Part shown: in pieces, positions 13,778 through 26,899 of the stretch | Layout of the letters: every line of letters begins with the position of its first letter | Position numbering within the stretch: position 1 is the stretch's first letter | DNA from: Octopus vulgaris | Lineage: Eukaryota | Direction: 5' to 3' | DNA: 64,000 nucleotides | NCBI GenBank assembly: GCA_951406725.2 | Contig: OX597814.1 | Coordinates: 164,300,001-164,364,000, forward strand | Translations under genes and position numbers: made by a program | The notes under the pieces: generated by a model | The model's input: only the letters and a program-made list of their open reading frames with translations | Databases searched by the model: none | What the model was told of the DNA's origin: nothing

Positions 13778-13990
13778 GAAAACGTGTATGGCCCATTGAT
13801 AAGGAGTTTGCAAACCCAATGTCCAAGATGCACTTTTAGTTTCATACCTATTATTATTATTGGAGCCACAAGATACATACAAAGCCGCCTGGAGCAAAGT
13901 GTGGCTGAACTTGGGTTCTTGAGGGAGAGAATGCAACTTCTCATTCATACGCTGCAGCTGATCACGATATCTAGAATCAAACAAAAGTCT
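13778..13990 (+). mobile_element. Extreme 3' fragment of a restriction-like-endonuclease (R4/Dong-type) LINE in (CATA)n
   Basis: [12 protein letters not shown]...[11 protein letters not shown]...LGF...LLIHTLQ parallels the C-terminus at 23320-23510. Confidence 0.55.
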
Positions 13991-15529
13991 TCACCGTCTG
14001 CTCAGCGTTGAAAGAATGATGAACAAAGTAAGATCCTTTCCTTTACAACCTTGCTACCAAGCAGGTAGCCGATAAAAATTAACTTTAAATTAAAGAGAGA
14101 AAAAGAAAACAGCATGCATTCAAACATACATACATACATACATACATACATACATACATACATACATACATACATACATACATACATACATACATACATA
14201 CATGCATGCATGCATACATACATACATACATACATACATACATACATACATACATACATACATAATATATCTAAGGAGAACGTAAGGAGAGCTAATAATG
14301 AAAATTACAGCTTTTACATCTAGGTTATAGATTTTCATTTGTATCTATTACGGCAGGTGGACTAGGCTATACAACACATTTGCATAAGAGCCTAAAAATG
14401 CTGGGATGTAGTGGGTGGGAGCTGCAAAAAAGAACAGCCAAAATGAAACCAAGTTAGTGGTACTGAAAATGTTTAAAAACTTCAAATACATTAGATGATA
14501 TATGTAAATTTGAAAATGATTTGCATAGTACTTTGTCAACAAAGGGGCCTATAAGTGAAAACCGAAGAGGCCGTTTCTAACAAGCCATAAAACCATGGCA
14601 AAAGCTGCCGTGGATAGGGAGATACATATAAGATGGCAGAGTATTGTTGGGAGCTTATAAGAAAAAAAAAATTCAGATGTGATCATGCTAAACAATAAGA
14701 GAAAGCTGCTTCCTAAACAGTACAGTTGGTTAAATAACCTTGCTTTTATGCCTATTTATATCTTCAAAGTTGAATCAACATGAGACGGATGGAATTTCTT
14801 GACTGAATGATGTGTTTCTTTGCACGAGATATATTTCTATCTACGATTACGTGTGTAATTTCGGTGGTATTTGATATATTTTTGCCTTTTATTTATTTAT
14901 TTATTTTGGTAACCGAAAAGTGAAAAGGCAACTGCATATATGTTATTACTTAAATTTTCAGTTTTTATAAAATATACTCATTTTCAGTCGTTTGATCGCT
15001 GCCATGCTGGAGCAACATCTTGCAAGGTCGATAAAATAAGTACAAAAGTCAATTCCCCACAGATATAACAGAATCTGTTTGGATCATTTTTGCACTGTCT
15101 TGCACTCATTGTTGAAAACAAATAAGATCTGAAAGATAAAAAATAACATTAAACACAAGCTTTGAATCACATTGTAGGTATTACTAAGATTGGTCTCTAG
15201 CCTTGGGTTGAAACCCATTTTACAATGCGGTAGAGAATTTTATTTAATAATAATGACAAAAAGGGTATACAGTGACAGTTCTGTAGAAACCATGCCTAAT
15301 TCAACAAAAAGAAGGCCAAAAATGGATTTCCCATGTCGTTTTGCATATCAAAACGGCCACGGATCTCTTGTACTTTTTGAGTGTTGCACAGTGATATCAC
15401 TATTTTTTTCCAAATTGTTTTATATTCTTCAGAAAAGTACCGAAGGAAAGTTAATCTCTTATGTTATTTTTCAACAACCACGCCACACACATATGCTTGT
15501 ACACACATACACACATACACACACACACG

Positions 15530-15564
<35 letters not shown>

Positions 15565-16400
15565 CACACACATGTACGTATGCACAAACACTGACAAACA
15601 AGCAATCTCTCCCTCCCGCGCTCTCTCCCTCTCTTACACACGTACAGACGGGTCAACAAATTCTTGGACACACATCTGCTCTCTCTCTCGCGCGCACAAG
15701 CATGTATACATGCACACATACATACGCACACACATACATACACACGCATGCACGCACACAGTCAAACTCTCTCCGTCACACACACACACACACACATTTA
15801 AGATCACGCACACGCACACTGTTAATGATAATAGTGAGACAAACTGGTGGAAGCGAGATAGGATATTTTTTAAAGTTGTTGTTTCAATAACAATGACACC
15901 AATAAAAGCAGCAACAACAGCAAAAACAACAACAACGACGACGACCGGAAGCACATTCGAATGGCCTCTTAACTTCATATTCAAACTAGGATGAGCAAAC
16001 TATGTGTTATGAAGAATAACAATATTATTGAACTCCCCCATTTTTCTTCTTCTCCATATCAGTCTGTTTTAATGCGTAAACAGAATGAATAATTAGTAAT
16101 GGTGTCAAATTTTGGTACGAAGCCAGCAATTTGAGGGGAATGGTAAGTCGATCGCATCGGCCCCAATGCTCAACTTGTACTTATTTTATCAATCCCAAAA
16201 AGATGAAAAGTAAAGTCGACCTCGGCGCAGTTTGAATTCAGAACATAAATACAGATGAAATACCGCTATGCATTTTGCTTGGCCTGCTAACGATTCTGCC
16301 TGAGAATGAATAATTAATAAATAATAACTGTATCTATTTACAGAGATGTACTTGCATAGCAAGTGATTTGATCTGAGATCGTGTGCTGAAACGAAAATAA

Positions 16401-16607
16401 TTGCAGCGTGGAAGGTGTTTGTAAGCCATTTAAGAAACACACAAAAGCCGTTCGATTCACTTCGATGCAGCACGGATTTTTGTCAGTGAACAGGTCGCGG
16501 TCTTAAAGCGATGAAAATATTTTGACAAATTAAACTTAAATGTTGAAGTGAATTGAACGGCTTTTGTGTGTTTCTTAAATGGCTTACAAACACCTTCCAC
16601 GCTGCAA
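16401..16607. mobile_element. MITE/foldback with about 63-bp inverted repeats
   Basis: ttgcagcgtggaaggtgtttgtaagccatttaagaaacacacaaaagccgttc...cacttc is inverted at 16545-16607; a partial copy lies near 33600. Confidence 0.8.
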
Positions 16608-17149
16608 CTGTATCTAATTTCGACGCAAAATCAACAATTTTGAGAAGAGGGGTCTTGTCGATACCATGGTCCCAGTACTTAACAGGTACATTATTTTCTC
16701 GATCAAAAGGTTACATGGTACAGTTCATCTCAGCCGTATTCTTTTTAGCGCTCTCAGTAGCCACTGGTAGTAGTAAACACATTTGACCTCTGCTGACCCA
16801 AAGGGAGTAAAGATTCTTTTGTCTCTATGGCTGACCTCCCCACCATCTACCGAATCTATTTATAGACCTGTAGAATATGATCCATTCACGAAACTGCTAC
16901 CCAACTATTTCCTCCAACAATGGCAATGGTGGTGATGGTGAAAATGATAAAAAAAATAATATGCCGCAGCTGCTAATACTAAATGCTACTAATACTGCAA
17001 TAATACTACAACTACTACTATTATGATAACACAGGAATCTGAGGCCCAACTACCACCCTTACCACTACTCCCACCCCTGCTACTATTGCTGTTGCTGTAA
17101 CCTCTGCTGCTACTACACATAAAACAATAATAACAATGATACCAGTGAT

Positions 17150-17165
17150 GACGATGATGATAATA

Positions 17166-17256
<91 letters not shown>
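17150..17256. repeat. (TGA)n/(TAA)n microsatellite at the 5' junction of an R4/Dong-type LINE
   Basis: Directly visible. Confidence 0.9.
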
Positions 17257-17259
<3 letters not shown>

Positions 17260-19416
17260 AAGGAAACGGATGGAGCCTCCTCATGGGCTGATTAATGATA
17301 CATCTAGTGATGGCGTCACAATAAAAACATGGTAATTGTGCAATCTGATAATCACTATCTGTTATGAGTGACAATGAAAAAAAAATATTGTGAATAACGG
17401 TGGTAATGAAACTGGAGCCAATGATGGTGACAGTGTTACATCCGGTAGGTTCAGAGATTCTGGTCCGGCCCCAGCCTGTCGATATCCAGAAAGGGACCGC
17501 CACACACGGCGTAGATGGACCAAGCAAATTAATGCTGTGGTCATGGAGTGTTACTACCTGAGCAGCCCGGTAGATGAAAATTGTGCTCAAATTAGGGGTT
17601 ACCGACAACGTGTGTATGATCATTGGAGAGAAAAGGGATTGTTTCAACTCACAGAACAGAGACTATGTGATCAAGTTAGAGCAATAAGAAAAAATGTTCG
17701 TTCACAGAAGTAGAGCTTGAAGCTATCAAAAGACGGGTCATGGAAAATAGCAGCAGAGATAACAATGAAAATACGGTTTTTACTAATAAGAGTAATCTCA
17801 TAGCACAGGAAAGGAGCAGTGGTAGTTTACTTGATGAGAGACATATAGAGGTTCTAAAAGAAGACAATAAAACTAATGGCGATATGACAGATGAACAAAA
17901 GACAATCTATGACAGAATAAAGGTAAGACTACAGGGGAACGATAGCGACCGATGGAAATTGAACCAAGAAACGAAAAATGTCAATGAAATTCTGAAATAC
18001 ATCAGAACAAACAACATCACAGAAACAAATAATTTGATCAAAGCAGCAAGTATGGTTGTGGCAGAAAACGTGGGTGTTGATGTCAAGAAAACGAAACATA
18101 ATGGGAGGGACAAAAGAAAAGATCCATGGTGGAAAAGAAGAATCCAGGCAGGGTTAGTCATGCTCTTGAAGGAAATCTCTGTGTTAGACCGAAAAGAGAA
18201 AGAGGAGCTTAAAAGCGAACAAAAATGCTGGGCGTTGAAAAGGAAGTATAATACTGAAAGTAGTAACAGAGGACCTGAAACAGCACCTTGTTGCAAAGAA
18301 AGCAAAGCTGGTAAGATACGACCAAAGAATGAAGGGTTACCACCAGAATAGGTTATTCAGACTAGATCAGAAGAAATTCTATAAAGAAATGAATGGAGAG
18401 TGCACAGATGAAAAGTTGATAGCAGATAACATTGAAAGTCAAAGGTTATGGAATGACATCTGGAGCAAAGACAAGGAGCACAAGAAGGATGCTGAATGGT
18501 TGCAAGAACTGGAACAAACAGCAGTCTGTCCAAAACAGGCAGAACTAGTCATTTCAGTTAGGGAAGTGAAGGAAATCAGCAAAAAATCGAGCAACTGGAA
18601 GGCCCCAGGACCAAATGGAGTTCAAGGCTACTGGATCAAAAGATTTGGTGAATGCCATGCACGAATAGCTGTGCAATTCAACACCTTGTTAAATGCCGAC
18701 CAAGTAACACCAGAGTGGTTGACATTGGGTAGGACAGCGCTGTGCCTGAGAAACATCGAAAAGGACAATACGGTAGACAATTACAGGCCGATATCATGTT
18801 TACCTCTTATGTGGAAGTTATTGACTGGAATACTTGTAGAGTCAATGTACGAACATCTGGAAAAAATGGAGTCCTGTCACATGAGCTTTTGCAAACAAAA
18901 GTGCGGAGGTACCAAGGATCAACTCCTGATAGACAGAACTGTACTTAGAGACTGCAAGAGGACGAAAAGTAGCTTAGCTATGTCATGGATCGACTATCGT
19001 AATGCGTACGATATGATCCCACATTCTTGGATTATGGAGTGTATAAACCTACTTGGTATTGCATCGAATGTTGAGTGACTGTTTCGAAAAAGTATGGCGA
19101 ATTGGAGGACAGACCTGACAGCATACGGAGAACGTTTAGGGACTGTAGAAATCAGGAAAGGCATCTTCTAAGGGGACTGTCTGTCCCCACTGATCTTTGT
19201 ACTGTGCTTGATACCACTAACACTGATTCTGAGGAAAGCAAAAGCTGGGTTTGTATTCAAAAGCCGCCAACAAAAAGTCAACCATTTGTTATTCATGGAT
19301 GACCTCAAACGTTATGGTAAAGATGAAGCCCAAGTCAGTTCCCTCGTTGATGCAGTGTATACTTTCAGTGTTGATATCAGAATGGAGTTCGAACTGAGGA
19401 AGTGTGGTGTGTTAGT
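17256..19416 (+). mobile_element. Decayed R4/Dong-type non-LTR retrotransposon, 5' part with reverse transcriptase
   Basis: Frameshifted ORFs: RRRWT...MECYY...EQRLCDQVRAI, NWKAPGP, NYRPISCL, GTKDQLLID, WIDYRNAYD-IPHSWI, GIF*GDCLSP, NHLLFMDDLK; truncated after RT. Confidence 0.88.
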
Positions 19417-19569
19417 AGAAAATTACAACCACGGGACTTCTGCCTACCTGTAAGAATTAATCGGCTCGAAGCTAAAGCTAGTACCATGAACGTACCCTGA
19501 ACGTAACAGTGACGAAAAATACTAATATCTACCTTGAAGAAATGCAGCTAGATGAACCAGCACCCGCAG

Positions 19570-19890
19570 GAAATGTAACTGGCACTTCGTCGGTCACGAC
19601 GACGTGGGTTCCAATTGGTCCTATCAACGGAACATCTTGCAAGCGAAATTAACGTCTAAGTGACTGAGCACTCTACAGACACGCATAACCTTGTTGTAGT
19701 TCGGAAAGAGATTCAGCGTGACACAGAATGTGACAAGGCTGGCCCTTTTGAAATACAGACACAACTCATTTTTGCCAGTTGAGAGGACTGGAGCAACGAG
19801 AAATAAAGTGTCTTGCTCAAGGACACAACGCGCGGTCGGGAATCGAACTCACGATCGTGAGCCGAATACCCTGACCACCAAGCCACGCGC
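19570..19890 (-). mobile_element. tRNA-derived SINE, family C
   Basis: - strand head gcgcgtggcttggtggt...gagttcgattcccg followed by tgtgtccttgagcaagacact; related pieces at 45270-45535 and 47600-47900. Confidence 0.75.
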
Positions 19891-20249
19891 AGAAAAATGA
19901 GCCCTGAAGCTCTTAAGATACGCATTTTTTTTTCAATTTCCATGCGAAAAAAATATTTGATCTTTTTTATTATTTATTGCGAATCTGTATATAAAGAAGA
20001 ACAAATTATTTTGGATCAGTTATGATTTATTATGGAGTTACTAACACCTCGACTTCCATGAAATTTTTTTTATTGCAAATTATCTCGGCTTTTTATAGAA
20101 TAAAAAAAAAAATGAAATAACTGAAATTACCAAGAAATCTTTTTACGATGCATTGTTGAAAAAGAAAAACAAAAGAATATGAGAAAGACAACTTGTTTAT
20201 CATAGATATAAAAGAAATGGGTGATATTTCCTGTTTTCTTAGAAGTCTT

Positions 20250-20744
20250 GAGATGAATGGTATATTTTGAAAGAAGGGGCAACACAAAAGCTAACATCAC
20301 ACTCAGGATGCATTCCTTTTTCGATTGCAGGCAGCACAAACTCTTGACGGACTCTTCTTTTCAGTCTAAGGTATGATATCTGGGAAATGTCTTTCTGTAA
20401 GACGAGCTAAGAAAGGTTTCTTTCCAGGGCGTCCTGGCTTGGGAGATGTTATACCGGGTTGGTTTTCTTGCAGGATCTTCTCAATCACTTGAATCCAAAA
20501 TTACAAAGGTTTTTTGCTCTCCCCGGACATCTTGTACAGATTATAAGCGTTCCATAAAGCTAGATCAATGATGTGGAAAGATATTTTACGTCACTTCCTT
20601 GGAATTGGATAATCAGCCAAGTGTTGGTCGACTCTATCTACGCCTCCTATCATATTGTTATAATCCATCACTGGTTTGGGCTTCTTTACAGTAACTCCTC
20701 TTTTCTCTACTTCAATTATCTCTGCATATATATACGTATATATA

Positions 20745-20821
<77 letters not shown>

Positions 20822-20900
20822 CGTATATTTTCGTTCAAATATATATTTACTTGGCATCACTGAACGAAAATATACGGGATAAAATGTTAAGAGGTTAGCT
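20250..20900 (-). mobile_element. piggyBac transposase remnant (C-terminal catalytic region and Cys-rich domain)
   Basis: KPKPVMDYNNMIGGVDRVDQHLADY motif, then frameshifted FHIIDLALWNAYNLYK and a degenerate Cys-rich C-terminus; split by (TA)n. Confidence 0.85.
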
Positions 20901-20989
20901 GAAAGGGCAAAACAATATATAAATAAATAAACGATAAACAACCAAACAAACCAGCGCCAATACACTAAGGAGAAATGAGACCAAAAACA

Positions 20990-21370
20990 ACTGTAGGGTA
21001 AATGCCCAATCAGAGCCAAGAACCTTGATATATACTCAATTCTTACCCATTAGTGACCGGCATACTCTAGTCTCAGACTGGAAACTGAGTGGGTATACTA
21101 TTACTACTCAAGATCAGCATCTTCCAACTAGGTATTACCTTTGTAATGTTCTGAAACATGAAAATAGCCCATTGTATCGAGCATGCGTAGAATAACTAGA
21201 GACAATCGACTACATAATCCCTGGATGCGACCGACTAGCACACCAACGGAGTACATGCAGCAACATGACGACAGCTCTATACATCCACTAGTCAATATGC
21301 CGCATATATAACCGCCTTCACAAAGAGAATTGGTGGGAATATAAATCGCCACAAGTTGTCTAGAATGTAT
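20990..21370 (+). mobile_element. Highly decayed R4/Dong-type LINE fragment (CCHC region)
   Basis: RAC...ETIDYIIPGC...LAPTEYMQQHD resembles the CCHC/RHD segment at 61525-61620. Confidence 0.5.
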
Positions 21371-21616
21371 ATGTGCAATTCCAAGTAAAACGGGCAGCTA
21401 ATTAGTATGTAAAACTACTTACAATATTTTATAATGTTGCTGTTATCTAAATTCTTGTGATAATGCAATCAGGCATTTCACAATAGGAAAAAATAAAGCA
21501 ATTGAAAAATGCATATATATGCATATACATGCATGCAAACACACAGATTTATACAAGTATACATGCACCAATAAATACATACATACATATATACATACAT
21601 ACATACATACATACAT

Positions 21617-22172
21617 GGTGGCTGCCCCCTCGTTATCGAGTATGGCCATTGCACGAAGCTTAATCAATGTTGTTATCGTGCAATGCCTGTGCAAGAAGAT
21701 TTTTTTTTAAAGTGGAGAAGGCTGTGCACTGAGTCAATCCCACTCACTAAGCAACAGCAGCCATAATCCAAAAAGAAGAACAAGTCAGCATCATCGGTAA
21801 CCACTAAGCCGCAGGCTTTATGTCGGAGTTATCTCAGTTACCTGAGTTACCTTCTCCTAGAAGGATGCCCTAACAAAGGCTGGGAGTCCTTCACTCCCAA
21901 TGGTTTAACCGCGCGATCGGGTATTCAGTCCGATCATTTCTATGTACCCGCACATGATATAGCCTTAAGACATTTATTGGATGGCCGTTGACTCTTAGGA
22001 GTTCCTCCGCCCTTTGACGGGTTTTGTTTTTCATCCCGCAGGGTGTCCAATAAACACCCTCCTCACCAAGCAAGCTTGGTGCGGTTGCCGGTTTAGTCGC
22101 CGACGACCCGACCATGCAACAGGTTGTACTGAGTTACATGTTACCAGTAGCACTCGAAAGTGACCTGACATG
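21617..22172 (-). mobile_element. Non-autonomous bipartite element: structured 5' leader joined to an RTE 3' tail, in (CATA)n
   Basis: 3' end matches the 3'UTR at 7680-7720; 5' end matches 8985-9137; no coding remnant recognised between them. Confidence 0.7.
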
Positions 22173-22324
22173 ATACATACATACATACATACATACATAC
22201 ATAGACTCACGCACACACATACAAACATTCATAATACACACATATGCATACTTACATACATTCATACATACATACATGCATACATACATGCATACATACA
22301 TACATAACCAAACTCGGACCACTA

Positions 22325-23560
22325 AAAAATATTAGAGTTGAATAAAGAAAATTTGGACCTCAACACTCTCTGCATTAAATAAAACTGGTCCACAATATGT
22401 TTGCAGTGCCAGTACTCATACCAACATTTGGGCTGCTAGATAGGACGCTTGATGAAATCCGAGCCATTGATGTGGAAACCCGGAAGATACTAACCAGCAC
22501 ACATAATTTCCACATAAACAGTGACGTAGACTGCTTCTACCTACAACAAAAACAAAGCAGCAGAAGTTTAACATCGATCCAGACTGCCTTTGAATATTCT
22601 ATCATATCTCTTCGGCAACATCTATTAACCACCAAGTGTCGAAGTGCATCCCTTGACCAAGTTTACATACATGAGGCCGATAATACCATAAGACTTGGAA
22701 GGCAGCTCCTTGAGCAGTATTCCTTGTCTGATAACCTTAAATACATGCTAAAAAAGTCGCGAGCGTATATCAGAGGAAGATCATGAATGGTTGTGTTAGT
22801 AGAAAACTCCGAGATGATAGTAACATTGATCATCAAAGCAGTCTACCATGGACCAACAATCGGATTACTACCACCCAATTTGAAGGGTATGTGATTGCAA
22901 TCCAGAAACAGGAAATATCAACCAAATACCTGATACACAAAAGGGATAGAGATGCAGGAAAATCAACACAATGTGACAACCGATGCAAACTTTGTGGAGT
23001 TAACAGCGAAGATATCACCCACATCATAAGCAATTGCCCGAAGATATCATTGTATTATCTACCAGACAAGATATTGTAGGTAGGACACTGTACAACGAGA
23101 TCCGTCAGAGGGATAACCCCGAGGACAAAGAAATAAGGACTCACAGTATGGTGGAAAGCACAGTCACTCATAATAAAAAGAAATACCAGTGGAATGTCAC
23201 AGTAAAAACCTCAATAAAATGTAAATACAATAGACCTGACATACTGATTTGGAATAGAGAAGAGAAAGTGTACAGTTATGGAAATCAGCTGTCCAGAGGA
23301 TGTTAACATAACGCGAAAAAGAAAATATCTACGCTAAACTGTTGAAAAATTTGCAGTTGCTCTATCCAAATAAGTGCAGGTTTATACCTTTAATTATTGG
23401 GGCACTGGGATATGTAACACTGCTTAAATGCTAATCTTGAGAAATTAGGCTTCTCAAAACTAGAAAGGAGAAAGCTGATTCGAAGGCTACAGATCCAATC
23501 TATCACTGAAACTATAAAAATCTGTAAAACTTTCCAGAAGTTTATCATTTAAGCATATAT
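22325..23560 (+). mobile_element. 3' part of an RLE-type LINE (R4/Dong-like) with CCHC and PD-(D/E)xK nuclease remnants
   Basis: FHINSDVDCFYL, IAIQKQEISTK, CKLCGVNSEDITHIISNC, NRPDILIW, FIPLIIGALG; flanked by (CATA)n. Confidence 0.85.
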
Positions 23561-23667
23561 AAGCATGTCTAGATATGCAAGTGTATGCATGAGAAGACAT
23601 ATATAAAGTAAAGGATACAAATCTGCACATGTACATACATACATACATACATACATACATACATACA

Positions 23668-23698
<31 letters not shown>

Positions 23699-24094
23699 CC
23701 TGTTGCTGTTGAAACTCCAATGAAGGAGCCTTGGATCTTGGTTAGAAATCGGCACTTACTCCATTGGCAAGAAATCATGAAATAAAACTGAATAATGACA
23801 TACATTCATGCATGCATACATACATACATACATACATACATACATACATACATACATACATACATACATACATAATTATTAGCGCACTTCGTTATGTTAA
23901 ATACTCGTATCTATGTGGCATTCTTGGAAAGTTGAGGTTTTAGGCAAAGAAAATCAATTAGGCAACACACTTTGTAAAATAAGCGGAATAGTAAAAATAT
24001 GCAAAACCTTTCTAATATTCAGTACCTACTCAATACCGTTGTTGAAACGAGGGGCTACTTTGTCACTTTGATAAAAACCAGCGCCCTTTCTTTC

Positions 24095-24171
24095 GTGTCT
24101 TCTACTATAGCCTCGGGCCGACTAAAGCCTTGTGAGTGGATTTGGTAGACGGAAACCGAAAGAAGCTTGTC

Positions 24172-24258
<87 letters not shown>

Positions 24259-24480
24259 TGTTTGTGTGTCTGTGTTTGTCCCCCCCCAACATCGCTTGAC
24301 AACCGATGCTGGTGTGTTTACATCTCCGTAACTTAGCGGTTCGGCAAAAGAGAACAATAGAATAAGTACTAGGTATACAAAGAATAAGTCCTAGGGTTGA
24401 CCTGCTCGACTAAAGGCGGTGCTCCAGCATGGCCGCAGTCAAATGACTGAAACAAGTAAAAGAATAAAAGAGTAAAAGAG
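24095..24480 (+). mobile_element. SINE family A, 5'-truncated
   Basis: Near-identical to other family A copies; tail aagtaaaagaataaaagagtaaaagag. Confidence 0.88.
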
Positions 24481-24529
24481 TATATATATATATATATATG
24501 TATAAGGGTGGAAAGGAACACACGAGTTG

Positions 24530-25107
24530 ATATATATGAAAAAACAAGTCAAAAATAGAAAATGCTAAGATAATTTTATAGTGAATCTTTCAGTACCGGT
24601 TTCGGTCATTTTGAGACCTTTTCAACTGTAACGATTAAATAATTAAATTTAGAAAAATTAGAAGAAAAGTTTTTTTAAAAGAATATTTCTGTAGTAGTGT
24701 TCAGATATAAGTAGCATTCTGCCTTTCTCTGACTCCCTTGTTTGCACTTGTGTGTTCGAGGTCGTTTTGAGTTCTTGGTAGGATAGGTGAAGAATAATGA
24801 GGCTGATGTGGAGAGGGGGTGGGGAAATCTGGGAATGCCTTATTCTTCACCTATCCTACCAAGAACTCAAAACGACCTCGAACACACAAGTGCAAACAAG
24901 GGAGTCAGAGAAAGGCAGAATGCTACTTATATCTGAACACTACTACAGAAATATCCTTTTAAAAAAACTTTTCTTCTAATTTTTCTAAATTTAATTATTT
25001 AATCGTTACAGTTGAAAAGGTCTCAAAATGACCGAAACCGGTACTGAAAGATTCACTATAAAATTATCTTAGCATTTTCTATTTTTGACTTGTTTTTTCA
25101 TATATAT
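24530..25107. repeat. 268-bp near-perfect inverted repeat (42-nt spacer), Penelope inverted pseudo-LTR-like
   Basis: 24530-24797 is the reverse complement of 24840-25107 with one mismatch seen; bounded by (TA)n. Confidence 0.93.
25009..25046 (+). ncRNA. Minimal type I hammerhead-ribozyme-like motif, U3-A8 variant (mirror copy at 24591-24628 on -)
   Basis: cag-UUGAAAA-ggtc(tcaaaat)gacc-GAAA-ccgg-UA-ctg: stem I cag/ctg, 4-bp stem II, palindromic ACCGGT stem III, GUA triplet. Confidence 0.65.
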
Positions 25108-25295
25108 ATATATATATATATATAAGATAGCTTGTATACACAAAGACGTCTGCATAAAATCCTAGAAACGCAGATGTTTCACCAAGTAAGAACCAAACAT
25201 TTGGATTCACATTCTCTAAATATATTGGTTAGGGTAGTACAGTGAAACATTCCAGGGATTCTCCATTAATGATTCTTGAATTACTAACATTTACA

Positions 25296-25359
<64 letters not shown>

Positions 25360-25483
25360 GCGCGCGCGCTTAAATAATAATGAAGCGCACACATTAGTGT
25401 ACTAAATTGACATACACAATCACTACATGAGTGTACGTTGATTCTCACGCGCCCTTACATATGTACACACATTTATATAACCA

Positions 25484-25875
25484 CTAGCAGTATCGCCCGG
25501 CGTTGCTCGGGTTTGTAAGGGAAATAACTATATAAGCATTTTTAGAGAGTTATAGCCAAAAAATAGCAAAAAAATGCATTAAAAATGGAAAAAACATGGT
25601 AATTTTTTTTTAAATCGTTGACTCATCGTAGTCATTTTTATAGAGTTACTTCCCTTATATAATAGCGAAAAAAATGCATTAAAATGGAAAAAAAACGATG
25701 GTAATTTTTTTTTTAAATCGTAGACTCATCGTAGACGCGCGCTAATACCCAGAAGGGCTCGATATGAATCACGACTATAAGATACCCGGTTTTGGTTAAA
25801 CTGCTCCGCAAAATGTGGGAGTAGTTAGGAATCTAAATCGTAGGAGACAGACACACAACTTGACTTTTATATATA
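25484..25875 (-). mobile_element. Non-autonomous Helitron
   Basis: - strand 3' end CCCGAGCAACGCCGGG hairpin + CTAG|T; 5' end atatataaaag; second copy from 38900. Confidence 0.82.
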
Positions 25876-26315
25876 ACCATAGACCTCAACAACTGTCTCG
25901 GCTTAAACAAAATAGACTTGTCACTTTATTAACGACCGGCTTAGAATAAAGAAAAACTAAAATAAATCCCGAAGAAATATATGCATATAAGTAAATACAT
26001 GCTAACATAAATCTATACTGTAATTCTCTATTGCTCTGGGAACAATATCGTTATCAAACTTTACATATTCATGTATCAAATTTAAGATGGCTGTTCGTTA
26101 CTTTCCACTCGTTTAATTTGAAGCTTTATGGCATATTCAGTTGTCAACCTTGTCACTGAATAATGGAATTAATTATCAAGGTGGACATGTCATAACATAG
26201 TTGACTTAGCTAATAAGCATGTAGCAACAGAGAAAAGGTTTGGTTATAAGATACACCCCACCCAGTCTTAATGAATGGCACGAAGGAAAGAGTAGGAGAG
26301 AGAGTGGGAGAGAAC

Positions 26316-26350
<35 letters not shown>

Positions 26351-26849
26351 GGGGGAGAGGCTGACAGAGAAAGTAATAGATGGAGAGATGGGGTCGCGAG
26401 CGAAACCACAAGAGAAAGCAAGATTGGTTTGGTTTAGAGAGATAAATAAAAGAGAATACGATAAAAAAAATAACGACACACGGAGAGTGAAAACGATATT
26501 TTAAAGTAATGGAAAAGAGAAAGAAGGCATAAAAGAATAACGGAAAGACAGAGACAGGTTGCTCAACCAATGAAATATTTGTAAAGTTGAAATCGCGTTA
26601 CAAGAAGCGTTAGACTTATAATTTTCTTCACAGCATAAAATTTATTGCACTCTTTTGGACTATTTGTATTACTATTTGACGACATAACAGAACATCACTA
26701 TTTGCTTCCGATTCTACTGTTTTACTATTTTAATCTACGAGAGTTTTTATATGACAGAAGTTGAAACATTGAGTTTGAGGAACCAACTGGATTGATTAAT
26801 AGCGGCAATATCTTCAATAGTAAGGTAATCTTTACGGATTATGTAAAGT

Positions 26850-26880
<31 letters not shown>

Positions 26881-26899
26881 TTGTATATATTATGTATAC

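Noticed and set aside
20822-20876. 16-bp perfect hairpin as a candidate ncRNA
   Set aside because: Lies at the end of the piggyBac remnant; more simply a subterminal inverted repeat.
23700-23765. Hammerhead-like string ccaatgaagg-agcc...ggtt-agaaatcggc after the RLE LINE tail
   Set aside because: Core (CCAAUGA), stem I and cleavage triplet are too degenerate to support.
26200-26830. Possible promoter or non-coding first exon of the Sushi gene (GA-rich tract, AAG|GTAATC)
   Set aside because: Only a donor-like motif; no ORF or other support.
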